A stretch of DNA of 64,000 nucleotides from an uncultured Candidatus Saccharibacteria bacterium (GTDB lineage: Bacteria > Patescibacteriota > Saccharimonadia > Saccharimonadales > Saccharimonadaceae): positions 12,323-76,322 of the forward strand of contig CAUPVK010000002.1 of assembly GCA_963514895.1 (NCBI GenBank), in the 5' to 3' direction. Of this stretch, positions 9,419-19,914 are shown one piece after another. Positions within the stretch are counted from its first letter, which is position 1. Every line of letters starts with the position of its first letter. The translations under genes were made by a program, and so were the position numbers. A model generated the notes under the pieces. The model made no database searches. It saw nothing but the letters and a program-made list of their open reading frames with translations, and was not told the DNA's origin.

Positions 9419-10636
9419 TTACTTAATCTGATTTGCCATATTCGAGATTGGCAACATCACCGAGGCGGCAATGAGCCCGACCATGCCGCCCATGATGACG
9501 ATCATAACAGGCTCGATAATGGAGCTGATGCCATCAATCGCGACGTCCACTTCCTCTTCATAATAATCTGCCACCTTTACAAGCACGGTGTCGGTCTGGC
9601 CGGTCTCTTCGCCAACGGAAAGCATTTGCGCCACAATGGGTGGGAAGAGTGGATTTTTTTCGATGATACTCGAGAGGTTGCGCCCATTTTTGACTTGCTC
9701 GGCAGCATCATTGAGGGCATTTTCGTAGACTTTGTTGCCCACCGCCCGGGCAGTCACGCGGAGGGACTCGAGCACTGCTACCCCCGACCCCATCAATGCC
9801 GAAAAGGTGCGAGCAAAGCGAGCAACGGCGATCTTAGTAATGATATCGTTGATTTTTGGTATCTTGAGAATGATGGTGTGGAGCCAGAGCTTACCTGCTG
9901 GTGTCTTGATATAGCGACGGAAGAAGTATATCCCCGCACCGAGCGCAGCAATGATAAAGATCCCATACTGGATGATAAACGCGCTCAGTCCGAGCATAAA
10001 CTCGGTAATGGCGGGCAGCTTGGCGTCCGGTCCGCCGAGGCCGCGCACAATGCTGCCGATTTGTGGAATAACAAAGACCATCAAGCCAAAAAAGGCGGCA
10101 ATAGTGATAACAATGAGTACGGTAGGATATGTCATGGCGCTTTTGATCTTCTTGCGCATACTGGCGTTTTTTTCTTGTTGCATGGCGAGGCGTTTGAGGA
10201 TGTCATCAAGAATACCAGCTGCCTCACCCGCACGCACCATGTTAATAAAAACGGTGTTGAAGGTCTCTGGGTGCTTCTTGAGTGCGTCGGCGAGTGCCAT
10301 ACCGCCCTCGACATCGCGTAGCAGGTCGCCCGTCACTATTTGGAGGGCTTTGCTGCTGGTATGGTCGTGCAGCGAGCCCATGGCGCGTAGCAGCGGCACA
10401 CCGGCTGACACCATGGCACTGAGCTGGCGGGTAAACATCACCAAATCTTCACTCTTGACCTTGTTGCCACCAAAGAGAGCAAAGCTGGCGCGCTTTGGCT
10501 TGACTTCTTCAGCACTAATCGGTCGCAGGCCTTGGCGGCTTAGGCTGGCTAAGGCACTGGCACGATCGGGGGCGTCAATCGTTCCATTGATGGAGTCGTT
10601 TTTGTTGGTGATGGCGATGTAGCGAAATTGTGGCAT
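9419..10636 (-). CDS. pilC: PilC / GspF-family platform protein
   Basis: It has two T2SS-F repeats, 'VRAGEAAGILD' and 'LSVGEETGQTDTVL', and three hydrophobic segments. Confidence 0.9.
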   Translation of the reverse strand: MPQFRYIAITNKNDSINGTIDAPDRASALASLSRQGLRPISAEEVKPKRASFALFGGNKVKSEDLVMFTRQLSAMVSAGVPLLRAMGSLHDHTSSKALQIVTGDLLRDVEGGMALADALKKHPETFNTVFINMVRAGEAAGILDDILKRLAMQQEKNASMRKKIKSAMTYPTVLIVITIAAFFGLMVFVIPQIGSIVRGLGGPDAKLPAITEFMLGLSAFIIQYGIFIIAALGAGIYFFRRYIKTPAGKLWLHTIILKIPKINDIITKIAVARFARTFSALMGSGVAVLESLRVTARAVGNKVYENALNDAAEQVKNGRNLSSIIEKNPLFPPIVAQMLSVGEETGQTDTVLVKVADYYEEEVDVAIDGISSIIEPVMIVIMGGMVGLIAASVMLPISNMANQIK

Positions 10637-10637
10637 G

Positions 10638-12419
10638 TTATTCCTTTGTGACGCGGAGCACTTCTTCTACAGTGGTGTTGCCGCGGATTGCTTTTATTAA
10701 TCCATCGGTGAGCATAGTGGTCATCCCCTCGGCGACGGCTTGATCTTGGATCTCGTTGCTGGTGTTGCCGCCGATAATCATCTTTTGGATTTCGCGCGAA
10801 GTGCCGAGGACTTCGTAGATACCTACCCGACCCTTGAAGCCGGTGTGATTACACTCATCGCAGCCATTTGGGTTTGGCTGCCAGAGGGCGGCGATGGTGG
10901 TGTCCGTCGTACCCCAGGGTGTCTCACCACCAACCTTTTGGACGATAGCCTGGGCCTCAAGCTGGTGGATGTAATAAAAATTTTGGCCTGGTGCAAGGTG
11001 AAAGAGGCGGACGATTTCTGCGACTTCTGTTTGGTTGGGTACATAGCTTTGGCGGCAATTCATGCAGAGGCGGCGCACCAGGCGCTGGCCCACCACGGCC
11101 TTCACCGTGCTGGCGATCAGGAAGGGCTCGATTCCCATATCAAGCAGGCGCGGCAAGCAGGTGGCGGCATTGTTGGTGTGGAGTGTACTAAATACCAAGT
11201 GGCCGGTTAGGGCAGCCTGCACACCAAGGTTGGCCGTCTCGCCGTCACGAATCTCACCCACCATGATAATGTTTGGGTCTTGGCGCAGCAGAGCGCGCAA
11301 GCCACTGGCGAAAGTCATGCCAGCCTTGCTATTGGTTTGAGTTTGGTTGACGCCGGGGATCTTATACTCCACCGGATCTTCAATGGTCGAGATGTTGACC
11401 TCGGGCGTGTTAAGCATCGACAGGACGGAGAAGAGCGAGGTAGACTTGCCACTCCCGGTCGGGCCCGTCACGAGGATCATCCCATTGGGCTCGGTCAGTG
11501 CTTGATTAATAACAGCCAGCGAATGACCCCAGTAGCCGAGCTGTTCGAGCGTCACTGCTTGGTTCGACTCATCGAGGATACGCATCACCACCTTCTCACC
11601 ATCAGCGATAGGTAACGTGCTAACGCGCAGGGCATACTGCTTGCCTGCGACTTTGATCTTAAAGCGACCGTCCTGTGGGATGCGGCGTTCGTCTATCTTA
11701 AGGTTGGAGAGGATCTTAATGCGGCTTACGAGCGCACCAAGCACATTCTTGGGTAGGCGGTTTACTTCTTTAAGGACGCCATCAATCCGGTAACGTACCT
11801 GTACGAATTGCTCACGGGGCTCAATGTGGATATCGCTGGCGTTGCTGCGGATGGCATACTCTAGTAACAGGTTAACCGTCTGGGCGATTGGTGAGTCTTC
11901 CGCTACTTCTGCTTCGGTTACTTTTTGGTTCGAGCCATCATCCTCGCGCTGGATGTCGATCACTTCCTTGAGCTCCTGCGTCACATCGCCGCGATATCCC
12001 TCAAGACACTCTAAGATGTTACTGCGCGGTGCGATGTAGACACGGGTGTTGGTGCCAATTTCCTTCTCGATAAAGTTGACGGCTTGGACATCGTCTGGGT
12101 CGTCCATTGCGAGGTGGATGAGTCCATTGGGGTCGATCTTGAAGATGACAGCGTTATACTGGCGCGCGATTCGCTCAGGGATGCGCATGAGGATGTCGGA
12201 GGGGATATCGCGGGGGTCGAGCTCGATGTAGGGGATGTCGGCGTAGGTGGCATAGAGCTTAGTGAGGGCACGCTCGTCGATGAGGTTGTTTTGCAAGACA
12301 ATATCTTGCAATCGCAAATTAGACGACGCAGCCTCACTCACCAGTGGTTGGAGCTGCTGGCTGGTCGCAGCGCCACTGCGCTCGAGAAGTTTGACGATAG
12401 TAGAATCAGATATATGCAT
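10638..12419 (-). CDS. pilB: PilB / GspE-family assembly ATPase
   Basis: The Walker A motif 'GPTGSGKST', Asp/His boxes ('MVGEIRD', 'GHLVFSTLHTN') and a tetracysteine region ('CMNC...CDEC') are present. Confidence 0.92.
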   Translation of the reverse strand: MHISDSTIVKLLERSGAATSQQLQPLVSEAASSNLRLQDIVLQNNLIDERALTKLYATYADIPYIELDPRDIPSDILMRIPERIARQYNAVIFKIDPNGLIHLAMDDPDDVQAVNFIEKEIGTNTRVYIAPRSNILECLEGYRGDVTQELKEVIDIQREDDGSNQKVTEAEVAEDSPIAQTVNLLLEYAIRSNASDIHIEPREQFVQVRYRIDGVLKEVNRLPKNVLGALVSRIKILSNLKIDERRIPQDGRFKIKVAGKQYALRVSTLPIADGEKVVMRILDESNQAVTLEQLGYWGHSLAVINQALTEPNGMILVTGPTGSGKSTSLFSVLSMLNTPEVNISTIEDPVEYKIPGVNQTQTNSKAGMTFASGLRALLRQDPNIIMVGEIRDGETANLGVQAALTGHLVFSTLHTNNAATCLPRLLDMGIEPFLIASTVKAVVGQRLVRRLCMNCRQSYVPNQTEVAEIVRLFHLAPGQNFYYIHQLEAQAIVQKVGGETPWGTTDTTIAALWQPNPNGCDECNHTGFKGRVGIYEVLGTSREIQKMIIGGNTSNEIQDQAVAEGMTTMLTDGLIKAIRGNTTVEEVLRVTKE

Positions 12420-12518
12420 AGTACTTACGCTTATTGTAGCTCATTATGCTTATGCTGACTAGAGGATAGAGCGATATTCGTATCAACGGAGGTAAGGCTG
12501 TGCTATACTAGAGCCAGT

Positions 12519-12977
12519 ATGCGTGTTATCTGTCAATCACTTACTGATACGTTACAGCTTGGGCAGCGCCTCGGCCAGGCGTTACGCGGTGGTGAGGTGA
12601 TTGTGCTAGTAGGGGATATTGGCGCAGGCAAGACGACGCTTGTTAAGGGTGTTGCGCGTGGTCTCGCCATTACCGATGATATCCAGAGCCCAACTTTTAC
12701 GATTAGTCGGCTGTATCACGGGCGCGATGATATCCAGCTTGCGCATTATGATTTTTATCGTTTAGGCGATGCAGGGGTGATGCAGCTTGAGCTGGCAGAG
12801 GCGATTGCTGAGCCCCGCACAGTGACTATCATCGAGTGGGCTCAGGCTGTAGCGGATGTCGTCCCACCCGACCACCTGACGATCACCATTACCGCACAGA
12901 GCGAGACAGCCCGCCAGCTGGATATTGAGGCTGGTGGCACCGTGTCAACCCAGCTTCTCCAGGAGGTCTCGGCATGA
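12519..12977 (+). CDS. tsaE: tRNA t6A37 biosynthesis ATPase TsaE
   Basis: 'GDIGAGKTTLVKG', 'SPTFT' and 'HYDFYRL' motifs are present. Confidence 0.85.
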   Translation: MRVICQSLTDTLQLGQRLGQALRGGEVIVLVGDIGAGKTTLVKGVARGLAITDDIQSPTFTISRLYHGRDDIQLAHYDFYRLGDAGVMQLELAEAIAEPRTVTIIEWAQAVADVVPPDHLTITITAQSETARQLDIEAGGTVSTQLLQEVSA

Positions 12978-13363
12978 TTATTTTGTGGAATAGCGCGGGG
13001 ATGGTCGTGGAGCTAACATTGGTGGATGACACTGGTACTCAGACGAGCTATGAGTGGCCAGCTGGTCGCACCCTGGCGCGTGATATGCTGGCTTATCTGC
13101 GTGATCGCTTGGCCGAGCATAGCAAGACACTGGCGGATATAACTGGCATTGGGGCGCGGTCTGGGCCGGGGAGCTTTACAGGGCTGCGGATTGGCCTGAC
13201 GGTGCTTAATACACTTGCGCACGAGCAGCATATCCCGATCGTTGGTGCGACGGGTGATGATTGGCGCGCTACCTGCCTTAAGCGGCTAGCACATGGCGAG
13301 GATGATAACATTGTCTTGCCTCAGTACGGCGCAGCTGCACACATTACCCAGCCAAAGAAGTAG
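12974..13363 (+). CDS. tsaB: Short TsaB-like protein (t6A37 threonylcarbamoyl transfer partner)
   Basis: It carries the 'GPGSFTGLRIGLTVLNTLA' motif and is translationally coupled to tsaE (ATGA). At 129 aa it is much shorter than classical TsaB. Confidence 0.6.
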   Translation: MIILWNSAGMVVELTLVDDTGTQTSYEWPAGRTLARDMLAYLRDRLAEHSKTLADITGIGARSGPGSFTGLRIGLTVLNTLAHEQHIPIVGATGDDWRATCLKRLAHGEDDNIVLPQYGAAAHITQPKK

Positions 13364-13557
13364 CTAGTATGAAGCATAAGGGTAATAAATCGTTACCTCT
13401 GTAAATAGATAGACCTTTATATTGCCAGTTGCGCAAATTGGCCAAAACGCGATACAATATACTAGTCTGTAGATAGTTTTAATGTTTGATAACACCGGTG
13501 TGGGCTGACGTAAGTCTGATGTAATAAGAACAACACATATCCGGAGAAAGGAATACC

Positions 13558-15045
13558 ATGATAGAAGTACTCTTCGCGGCGATTGGCGTGGCGCTTGGTT
13601 TTGGTGGCAAGTACGCCTACGATCGCCAGCAAACTACCAATGGTCAGCGGACAATTGACAAAGAATTGGCTCAGGCCAAACAGCAGGCGGGCGATATCGT
13701 CCTCAAGGCCAAGGACGAGGCGCTACGGATCGAGAACGAGCGCCGCCGCGCCATGCAAAAGACAGAGAATCGTTTGCTCGAGCGCGAGGCAAGCCTCGAT
13801 CGCAAACTCGACGAGCTCGATCGCCGGAGCGAGAAGCTCCGCAAGAGTGAGACAGAGGTCGACGAGCTGAAGAATGAGATCCGTGAGATTCGGGGTCGGC
13901 AGCAGGCCAAGCTCGAGAAAATCGCTGGCCTCACCAAGCAAGATGCCGCCAGCAAGCTGATGCATATGACCGAGCGTGATATCCGCCAAGACTTGACTGG
14001 CTTGGTTGATAAATTACAGCGCGAAGCAATGGACGATGCCGAGGAGAAGGCTCAGATGATCCTTGTGACTGCAATGGAGCGCATGAGTAGCGAAGTGACG
14101 GCCGAGCGCACGGTGACTGCCATTAAGCTGCCCGACGACGATATGAAGGGTCGCATCATTGGTAAAGAAGGGCGCAATATCCAGGCTCTGCAGCGAGCTA
14201 CTGGCGTTGACATCTTGGTGGACGACACGCCAGGGATGATTGTTCTCAGTAGCTTTGATCCAGTGCGTCGCCAAGTGGCACGCCTGAGTCTTGAGATGTT
14301 AATGAAAGACGGGCGGATTCACCCTGGCCGCATCGAAGAGGTTGTGGCCAAGGCAAATAAGCAAATTGACAAAGAAGTCGTGCGTGCTGGTGAAGATGCG
14401 GCGCGTGAGATTGGCGTAGCTGGTATTCCAAAGGAGCTGCTCCACCTTGTGGGTGAGCTGAAGTTTCGGACGAGCTACGGCCAAAACGTCTTGAAGCACA
14501 GTACTGAGATGGCCCAGATTGCCGGGCTAATCGCAGCAGAGATTGGGGCAGATGTACGTACCGTCAAGATCGCTACACTACTTCACGATATGGGTAAGGC
14601 AGTGACGCACAAAATGGAAGGCAAGCACCACCACATTGGAGCAGAGCTAGCCCGCAAGGCAGGCTTGAGCGAGGCAATTTGCCACGCTATTGAGGCTCAT
14701 CACGATGATATTGAAGCCACAACACCCGAGGCAATTGTTGTGCGAGTATGCGATGCAGCCAGTGCTGCTCGGCCTGGCGCGCGCAACATGAGTGCTGAGA
14801 ATTTCGTCGAGCGAATGCGCGACCTGGAGAATGTTGCGACCAGCTTCCGTGGTATCGACAAAGCTTATGCCATTAGTGCTGGGCGCGAAGTACGTGTCAT
14901 CGTTCGGCCAGAAGTAGTAGATGATCTCAGTGCCATCAAGCTCGCGCGAGATATCGCTACCAAGATTGAGAGTACCATGCAATACCCTGGTACAATCAAG
15001 GTCAACGTGATCCGCGAGACACGGGCGATTGAGTTTGCCAAATAG
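13558..15045 (+). CDS. rny: Ribonuclease Y
   Basis: It has an N-terminal TM helix, a coiled coil, a KH domain ('GRIIGKEGRNIQAL') and an HD domain ('LLHDMGK', 'AIEAHHDD'). Confidence 0.93.
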   Translation: MIEVLFAAIGVALGFGGKYAYDRQQTTNGQRTIDKELAQAKQQAGDIVLKAKDEALRIENERRRAMQKTENRLLEREASLDRKLDELDRRSEKLRKSETEVDELKNEIREIRGRQQAKLEKIAGLTKQDAASKLMHMTERDIRQDLTGLVDKLQREAMDDAEEKAQMILVTAMERMSSEVTAERTVTAIKLPDDDMKGRIIGKEGRNIQALQRATGVDILVDDTPGMIVLSSFDPVRRQVARLSLEMLMKDGRIHPGRIEEVVAKANKQIDKEVVRAGEDAAREIGVAGIPKELLHLVGELKFRTSYGQNVLKHSTEMAQIAGLIAAEIGADVRTVKIATLLHDMGKAVTHKMEGKHHHIGAELARKAGLSEAICHAIEAHHDDIEATTPEAIVVRVCDAASAARPGARNMSAENFVERMRDLENVATSFRGIDKAYAISAGREVRVIVRPEVVDDLSAIKLARDIATKIESTMQYPGTIKVNVIRETRAIEFAK

Positions 15046-15073
15046 GGGCGGACGTCTATCTCTTGCAAACAAT

Positions 15074-15108
15074 AAGCCGGTCAAGCAAATTGGCCGGTTT
15101 TTGTTTTG
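15074..15108 (+). terminator. Probable intrinsic terminator after rny
   Basis: The sequence AAGCCGGTC-aagcaaatt-GGCCGGTTT gives a stem with two wobbles, followed by tttttgtttt. Confidence 0.45.
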
Positions 15109-15468
15109 TAGATGTATCATATGAGATAAGAATGCCCAGGTGACCGAGCGAGTAATAAACCCTTGTGTGCAGTATTACATGCTTGATGAGTCTTTTTTCG
15201 CCTAAAGAGCTAATGTATTCCAGTATCCAAGCTCACAGTATCAACGTAGCAGATGCTTTTATTGTTCCTTAAGGTAAATGGCAGGAGCATGAGTAAGTGC
15301 TAAGGTGAGAGTTTTATGTAATCCCAATACCACAAAAGGATTGATATGAGCAAAACTGCGTTTTACAGTGGAGATGAAGCGAGTAGGACGTAACGCCACG
15401 CGGTGGCGCTGCAGTAAACGGTAAAGAAGAGGAGGGTGTAGCGTTTGAGATAGGTAAAACACCAAGGC

Positions 15469-16107
15469 TTACGACGCAACCTCGCCTTGTTTTTCGGCAA
15501 CAATAACGACCCGGCCAGTCTTGGCACCGCCTAAATCGCAGCTGTAGAGCGTCAGGCGGGCGTCTTCTGTTGGGGCTTCGATCTCAACACTGGTTGGTTT
15601 GACGTCAAATTTCTTGGTGATTTTGTAGTTGTAGCGTTTGCCTTGGTAGTCGGCGAGAATTTGATCGCCTAGAGCGAGCTTGTCGATATGAAAGAATGGT
15701 GATTTTTCTACTGTGCCACCAGGCGTTGGCTGGATACTAAAGCGGTGGGCTGCCACGACGAAATTGCCGCCCTTCTCAGGGTTGCCGTGGTCTGGGTAGC
15801 GCCACCACGCACCACGATCGAGGGCGAGTTTGCCATTAGTACCGTACGGGATATTAACACCGATCTTGGGAATGATAATACGATTGTCTTTGGCTGCAGG
15901 CTTGGCGAGTGTCGCCACAGTGATTGGCTTCGTAAAGTGCGGTGCAATGATCGGTGATGTAGTGAGCAGGAGTAGATACCCTCCCACTAACAAAAAGAGG
16001 ACTGCGATAGTGCCGAATATCCAGTTTGGTATCGAAATGCGCGGCATGCGCATACGCGAACGACGCGGTGCAGATGGCTGCCGCTTTGCTTTATTCATTG
16101 CTAGCAT
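15469..16107 (-). CDS. Sortase family transpeptidase
   Basis: It has an N-terminal TM anchor, 'VVAAHRFS' (catalytic His), 'LTLYSCD' (TLxTC-type catalytic Cys) and a distal Arg ('GRVVIV'). Confidence 0.8.
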   Translation of the reverse strand: MLAMNKAKRQPSAPRRSRMRMPRISIPNWIFGTIAVLFLLVGGYLLLLTTSPIIAPHFTKPITVATLAKPAAKDNRIIIPKIGVNIPYGTNGKLALDRGAWWRYPDHGNPEKGGNFVVAAHRFSIQPTPGGTVEKSPFFHIDKLALGDQILADYQGKRYNYKITKKFDVKPTSVEIEAPTEDARLTLYSCDLGGAKTGRVVIVAEKQGEVAS

Positions 16108-16394
16108 AATAACTCCTCATCTCTGTCTATTATACGGCACGAGCAGCAGCACGCCAATAGCATGACCGTCATAGTATTGGTAGATGGACTCCATTGGGTA
16201 GCTCTACTCTAGAATAGAGTGGATAGAAAACTCTTGTACTTCATCTACAATTTCATTCGATAGAGTATATAGATCAATCACTAATCTAACTCTGGTGTTG
16301 ATAGTTAAATAATGGTATCGCTTATGGCAATATCAAGAAATAACTCGCGAGCAGAGAAGTCAGCATTGAAAAGGCTAGTGTTGAGGTGTGGTAT

Positions 16395-16427
16395 AAAAAG
16401 CTACCCACCCAAAGTAGGGTGGGTAGC
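16395..16427 (-). terminator. Intrinsic terminator after eno
   Basis: On the minus strand the sequence is GCTACCCACCC-tacttt-GGGTGGGTAGC followed by TTTTT. The stem is a perfect 11 bp. Confidence 0.75.
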
Positions 16428-16457
16428 ATATAAGTAGTGCTGTTGTGGTGAGGCAGA

Positions 16458-17741
16458 TTACTGCTGCTTGAACGGCTGCGCGAGAGTGAGACTCTCGTCT
16501 GCTTCGGCAATGCGGAGTAGCTCGTTGTACTTCGCTACGCGGTCGGTGCGCGAGAGCGAGCCGGTCTTGATCTGCCCACAGCCCAGGCCAACTGCCAAGT
16601 GGCTGATTGTGGTATCCTCAGTCTCGCCAGAGCGGTGACTCATCACAGTGCGCCAGCCAGCGTTTTGGGCAAGCTGCACAGCTTGGATTGTCTCGCTGAG
16701 AGAGCCGATTTGGTTGGGTTTGACAAGGAGTGCATTGGCGGCATCTTGGTCGATCGCTTGCTGGATGAGGCTTGTATTAGTGACGAGTAGGTCATCGCCT
16801 ACCAGCTGGACGCGGTCGCCGAGGCGCTGGCGGAGCTGCTGCCAGCCCTCCCAGTCGCCCTCGGCCAGGCCATCCTCGATGCTCACAATTGGGAATTCGT
16901 CGACAAGGGCAGCGAGCCAGTCAATCATCTCGCTACTGGTCAGGCTCTTGCCTTCGCACTTTAGCTCATAGCGGCCATCATGATAGAACTCGCTTGAGGC
17001 AGCATCCATTGCAAAGACGACGTCTGTGCCAACGGTGTAGCCAGCATTGGTGATCGCTTCGCTCAGCAAGGCGAGCGGCTCGCGGTTACCCTGGCGGACG
17101 CGTGGTGCATAGCCACCTTCGTCGCCAACAGTAGTGGGGTAATCGTGTGCTTTGAGGACTTTAGCAAGAGCGTGGAAGATTTCGGTGCCCATGCGGAGCG
17201 TATCTGCAAAGGTCGTCGCACCTTTGCAGATGATCATAAACTCTTGGATATCGGTCGCAAAGGCGGCGTGCGCACCACCGTTGAGAACATTCATCATTGG
17301 CAGGGGAAGACTTGGTGTGCTGTCAGTTTGCTCGGCAATGTAGCGCCAGAGTGGTTGCTGCTTGGCATTAGCAACAGCCTTGGCAGTAGCCAGGCTAACA
17401 CTGAGGATGGCATTAGCACCGAGCTTAGACTTGTTATCTGTTCCATCAAGAGCAAGCATTGCATTATCAATCGCTTGCTGGTCGCTCGCATCGTGACCCA
17501 CCAGTGCAGGAGCGATAACGTCGTTAACATGGGCAACTGCCTGGCTTACTCCTTTGCCAGTCCACTGATTGCCACCATCGCGTAGCTCCAGTGCTTCGCC
17601 CGCACCAGTACTTGCCCCGCTCGGGACGGCCGCTCGGCCCAGCGTGCCATCAGCAAGGATGACGTCCGCTTCGACGGTGGGGTTGCCGCGGCTATCTAAA
17701 ATTTGTCGTGCTTTTATGGTTTGGATAGAGTAGTTGTTCAT
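16458..17741 (-). CDS. eno: Enolase
   Basis: '[17 protein letters not shown]', '[12 protein letters not shown]' and '[16 protein letters not shown]' are present. I chose the start at 17741 (MNNYSIQ) because a TGgTATACT box lies 7 nt upstream. Confidence 0.97.
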   Translation of the reverse strand: MNNYSIQTIKARQILDSRGNPTVEADVILADGTLGRAAVPSGASTGAGEALELRDGGNQWTGKGVSQAVAHVNDVIAPALVGHDASDQQAIDNAMLALDGTDNKSKLGANAILSVSLATAKAVANAKQQPLWRYIAEQTDSTPSLPLPMMNVLNGGAHAAFATDIQEFMIICKGATTFADTLRMGTEIFHALAKVLKAHDYPTTVGDEGGYAPRVRQGNREPLALLSEAITNAGYTVGTDVVFAMDAASSEFYHDGRYELKCEGKSLTSSEMIDWLAALVDEFPIVSIEDGLAEGDWEGWQQLRQRLGDRVQLVGDDLLVTNTSLIQQAIDQDAANALLVKPNQIGSLSETIQAVQLAQNAGWRTVMSHRSGETEDTTISHLAVGLGCGQIKTGSLSRTDRVAKYNELLRIAEADESLTLAQPFKQQ

Positions 17742-17981
17742 ATCTTCTAGTATACCATCGAATGGAAGGCGGTCGCTATTACCGTTAAAATAAGCATGAA
17801 TCAACTGCGAAAATTTTCATGCCAGACAAGGATATTGACAAAAGGTCATTTTGTAGATTCAAGCATTGTATTTGCTGACACACATGGTACAATATAATTA
17901 CGGCAACGGTTAATGAAGCGGAGGGTTGCAGCAACCCTGTGTTCTTCGTTTCGCACCTACACAGTAAGGAGGGCTATTCCC

Positions 17982-18362
17982 ATGACATTCAAAAAAGTAG
18001 GTATCCTTAGCGTATTGGCAGTTGGCTCAATGGCGGCGGGATCTTTGCTGTTTAATACAGCACCAGCGTCGGCAGAGAGTTTCGGGCCGACCGCCAATGA
18101 CAACGGTACGTCCGTTGTCCAATACTACGATGGGACGAAACTGTTTTGCGTTTCTGATGCAAACTACCCCGATGGCACACCTGGCACGACAGCCTTTACG
18201 GTTGCGCCAACCCAAGGTAATGGTCCCAGTTATGGCCGAATCCTTGGCGCTGGCGAGACTGGCTGTGTCAGTCTTGAGGCAGCACCAGAGGGAGCAGCAT
18301 ATCGCTACTGGCTGTTGTCTCGTACCGACGGATCAGTATACCAAGGCGATTTCGTTCGCTAA
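17982..18362 (+). CDS. Small secreted protein of unknown function
   Basis: The signal peptide 'MTFKKVGILSVLAVGSMAAGSLLFNTAPASA' is present, aaggaggg lies upstream of the ATG at 17982, and a strong terminator follows. Confidence 0.5.
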   Translation: MTFKKVGILSVLAVGSMAAGSLLFNTAPASAESFGPTANDNGTSVVQYYDGTKLFCVSDANYPDGTPGTTAFTVAPTQGNGPSYGRILGAGETGCVSLEAAPEGAAYRYWLLSRTDGSVYQGDFVR

Positions 18363-18424
18363 ATAACTACTCACTGTAAGTACCCGATATACCCAAAAAA
18401 CGAAAATGAAAACCCCGTTGTCGC

Positions 18425-18446
18425 AGCCCCCTTCCGGGGGCTTTTT
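18425..18446 (+). terminator. Intrinsic terminator
   Basis: The sequence AGCCCCC-ttcc-GGGGGCT is followed by TTTTT. Confidence 0.75.
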
Positions 18447-18534
18447 GAATCTTGAGCGATTACACAGTTCTTGCATTACTCTCTTAGTAGGTAGGTGTAT
18501 AGCACTCGCGCCAATAGTGCCGTATAATGGAGAC

Positions 18535-19185
18535 ATGACAGGAACACTTATCATCAGCCGACACGGCGAAAGCGAATGGAATCTACAAGGTAAATGGACA
18601 GGCTGGACGGATATAAGCCTCACTGAAAAGGGTAAGAGCGATACACGTCAACTCGGCGAGTTCTTGCGTGGTCGCACCATCGATGCGGTATATACTTCGG
18701 CGCTCAAACGGACGCATGAGACACTTGACGCGTTGATGGAAGGTGCAGACAACCCAATCCGCTCAGGTGATGCTGCGGTGGTGCACGCGTCTGAGCTTAA
18801 CGAGCGTGACTATGGTGACCTAACTGGCAAGAACAAATGGGAAGTTAAAGAAGAGATTGGCGAGAAGGCCTTTAATGGTATTCGGCGCGGCTGGGATTAT
18901 CCTGTACCCGGTGGTGAGACGCTCAAGGATGTGTATGAGCGCTCGATCCCGTATTTTGAGTCAGAGATCTTGCCACGGCTCCAGGCAGGCGAGACTGTAT
19001 TGATTGTGGCGCATGGCAACACAATTCGTGCGCTTATGAAGTACCTTGATCGAATCCCGGAGGAAGATATGGGCACAGTAGAGATGCCCTTTGGTCAATT
19101 ACTTGTCTACACATTTGAGCCTGGCATGGCATATCCTACTGCGTGTGATGTGCTTAAAGCAGATATTGTACCGCCCAAGGCATAA
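18535..19185 (+). CDS. gpmA: 2,3-bisphosphoglycerate-dependent phosphoglycerate mutase
   Basis: 'LIISRHGESEWN' (RHGE catalytic His) and 'VAHGNTIRAL' are present. A TATAAT box lies 6 nt upstream of the ATG at 18535. Confidence 0.9.
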   Translation: MTGTLIISRHGESEWNLQGKWTGWTDISLTEKGKSDTRQLGEFLRGRTIDAVYTSALKRTHETLDALMEGADNPIRSGDAAVVHASELNERDYGDLTGKNKWEVKEEIGEKAFNGIRRGWDYPVPGGETLKDVYERSIPYFESEILPRLQAGETVLIVAHGNTIRALMKYLDRIPEEDMGTVEMPFGQLLVYTFEPGMAYPTACDVLKADIVPPKA

Positions 19186-19317
19186 TTAAATATTGCGATA
19201 CGTTTTATAGCACACGAAGTTGATGCTTATGTGTGTTGCGTTTATATTTCTTGGATTGAACAACCGCAGGCTAGCCTTATACTTGTGAGTGGCACGTTGG
19301 CTTTGACGGTAAGAACA

Positions 19318-19349
19318 GTAGACAAATTGCTATATTGTGTGGTATGATG
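19318..19349 (+). promoter_or_regulatory. Candidate promoter for the tRNA-Pro pair
   Basis: The layout is TAGACA, then 18 nt, then TGgTATGAT (an extended -10). It ends about 17 nt before the first tRNA. Confidence 0.4.
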
Positions 19350-19365
19350 GCAAAGTCTTGTATCG

Positions 19366-19442
19366 CGGGGTGTGGCGCAGCTTGGTAGCGCGCACCGTTC
19401 GGGACGGTGAGGTCGCTGGTTCAAATCCAGTCACCCCGACCA
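19366..19442 (+). tRNA. tRNA-Pro (anticodon CGG), CCA encoded
   Basis: I folded the cloverleaf by hand. The acceptor is CGGGGTG/CACCCCG, the D stem GCGC/GCGC, the anticodon stem CACCG/CGGTG with loop TTCGGGA, and the T arm GCTGG-TTCAAAT-CCAGT. The discriminator is A, followed by CCA. Confidence 0.9.
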
Positions 19443-19489
19443 CGTCTTACTATAACAAAGAGTGGTCGCCCGTGTGATATAAAACGTAT

Positions 19490-19565
19490 CGGGGTGTGGC
19501 GCAGTTGATAGCGCGCGCGGTTTGGGACCGCGAGGTCGCTGGTTTGAGTCCAGTCACCCCGACCA
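19490..19565 (+). tRNA. tRNA-Pro (anticodon TGG), CCA encoded
   Basis: I folded the cloverleaf by hand. The acceptor is CGGGGTG/CACCCCG, the anticodon stem CGCGG/CCGCG with loop TTTGGGA, and the T arm GCTGG-TTTGAGT-CCAGT, followed by A and CCA. Confidence 0.9.
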
Positions 19566-19675
19566 TTTTTGCTTTAAGTCTTACTCTCACGCTATGGATG
19601 TTTCGGACGTAAGGCTTTTTTTATTTGCTTTGCTCTAGTCGTCACTCACTATAATGCAAAATACTTGCATGCATA

Positions 19676-19704
19676 TTGCATAGATTGGTTGACTGTTTTA
19701 TAAT
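19676..19704 (+). promoter_or_regulatory. Near-consensus sigma-70-type promoter
   Basis: TTGCAT (19676-19681) is followed by 17 nt and then TATAAT (19699-19704). It lies 10 nt upstream of a small ORF's ATG. Confidence 0.45.
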
Positions 19705-19714
19705 GACAACCATT

Positions 19715-19840
19715 ATGAGCGAAAAAAGCACCCCCGAAAACAAAGCAGATGAAATGATGTTAACGCAGAGTGAAGTTCAACAGCAGGATGACACTTGGTT
19801 TCTGAGGGCTATCGCGAAAAATAGGGATAGGCGAACTTAG
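19715..19840 (+). CDS. Hypothetical 41-aa peptide (MSEKSTPENKADEMMLTQSEVQQQDDTWFLRAIAKNRDRRT)
   Basis: I translated this ORF by hand. It is not in the supplied track, being under 60 aa. It sits directly behind the promoter at 19676-19704 and ahead of the M50-like/ABC genes. No homology is recognisable. Confidence 0.2.
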   Translation: MSEKSTPENKADEMMLTQSEVQQQDDTWFLRAIAKNRDRRT

Positions 19841-19914
19841 GAGTGCGCCGGTAACTATTCCGAAAACGAAGAAAAGGCCGATTAGACGTGTCAAAGTAAC
19901 GCAAATACCAATTT

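Noticed and set aside
15121-15468. A ~350-nt non-coding gap between rny and the sortase gene, holding a 68-aa ORF (15259-15465, minus strand) and a small GCCAC-gcg-GTGGC hairpin. It could be an ncRNA or a small gene.
   Set aside because: The ORF has no RBS or promoter and an unremarkable composition. The hairpin is only 5 bp with no U-tract. There is no match to ncRNA signatures I can recognise by eye.
19242-19424. A 60-aa ORF on the - strand.
   Set aside because: It overlaps the tRNA-Pro(CGG) gene and its promoter region, so it is spurious.
19443-19600. The 8-mer GTCTTACT occurs after both tRNA-Pro genes, and its reverse complement occurs near 38195. It could be an att-like direct repeat delimiting an island.
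   Set aside because: An 8-mer is expected by chance about twice in 128 kb of two-strand sequence. There is no longer flanking identity and no integrase.
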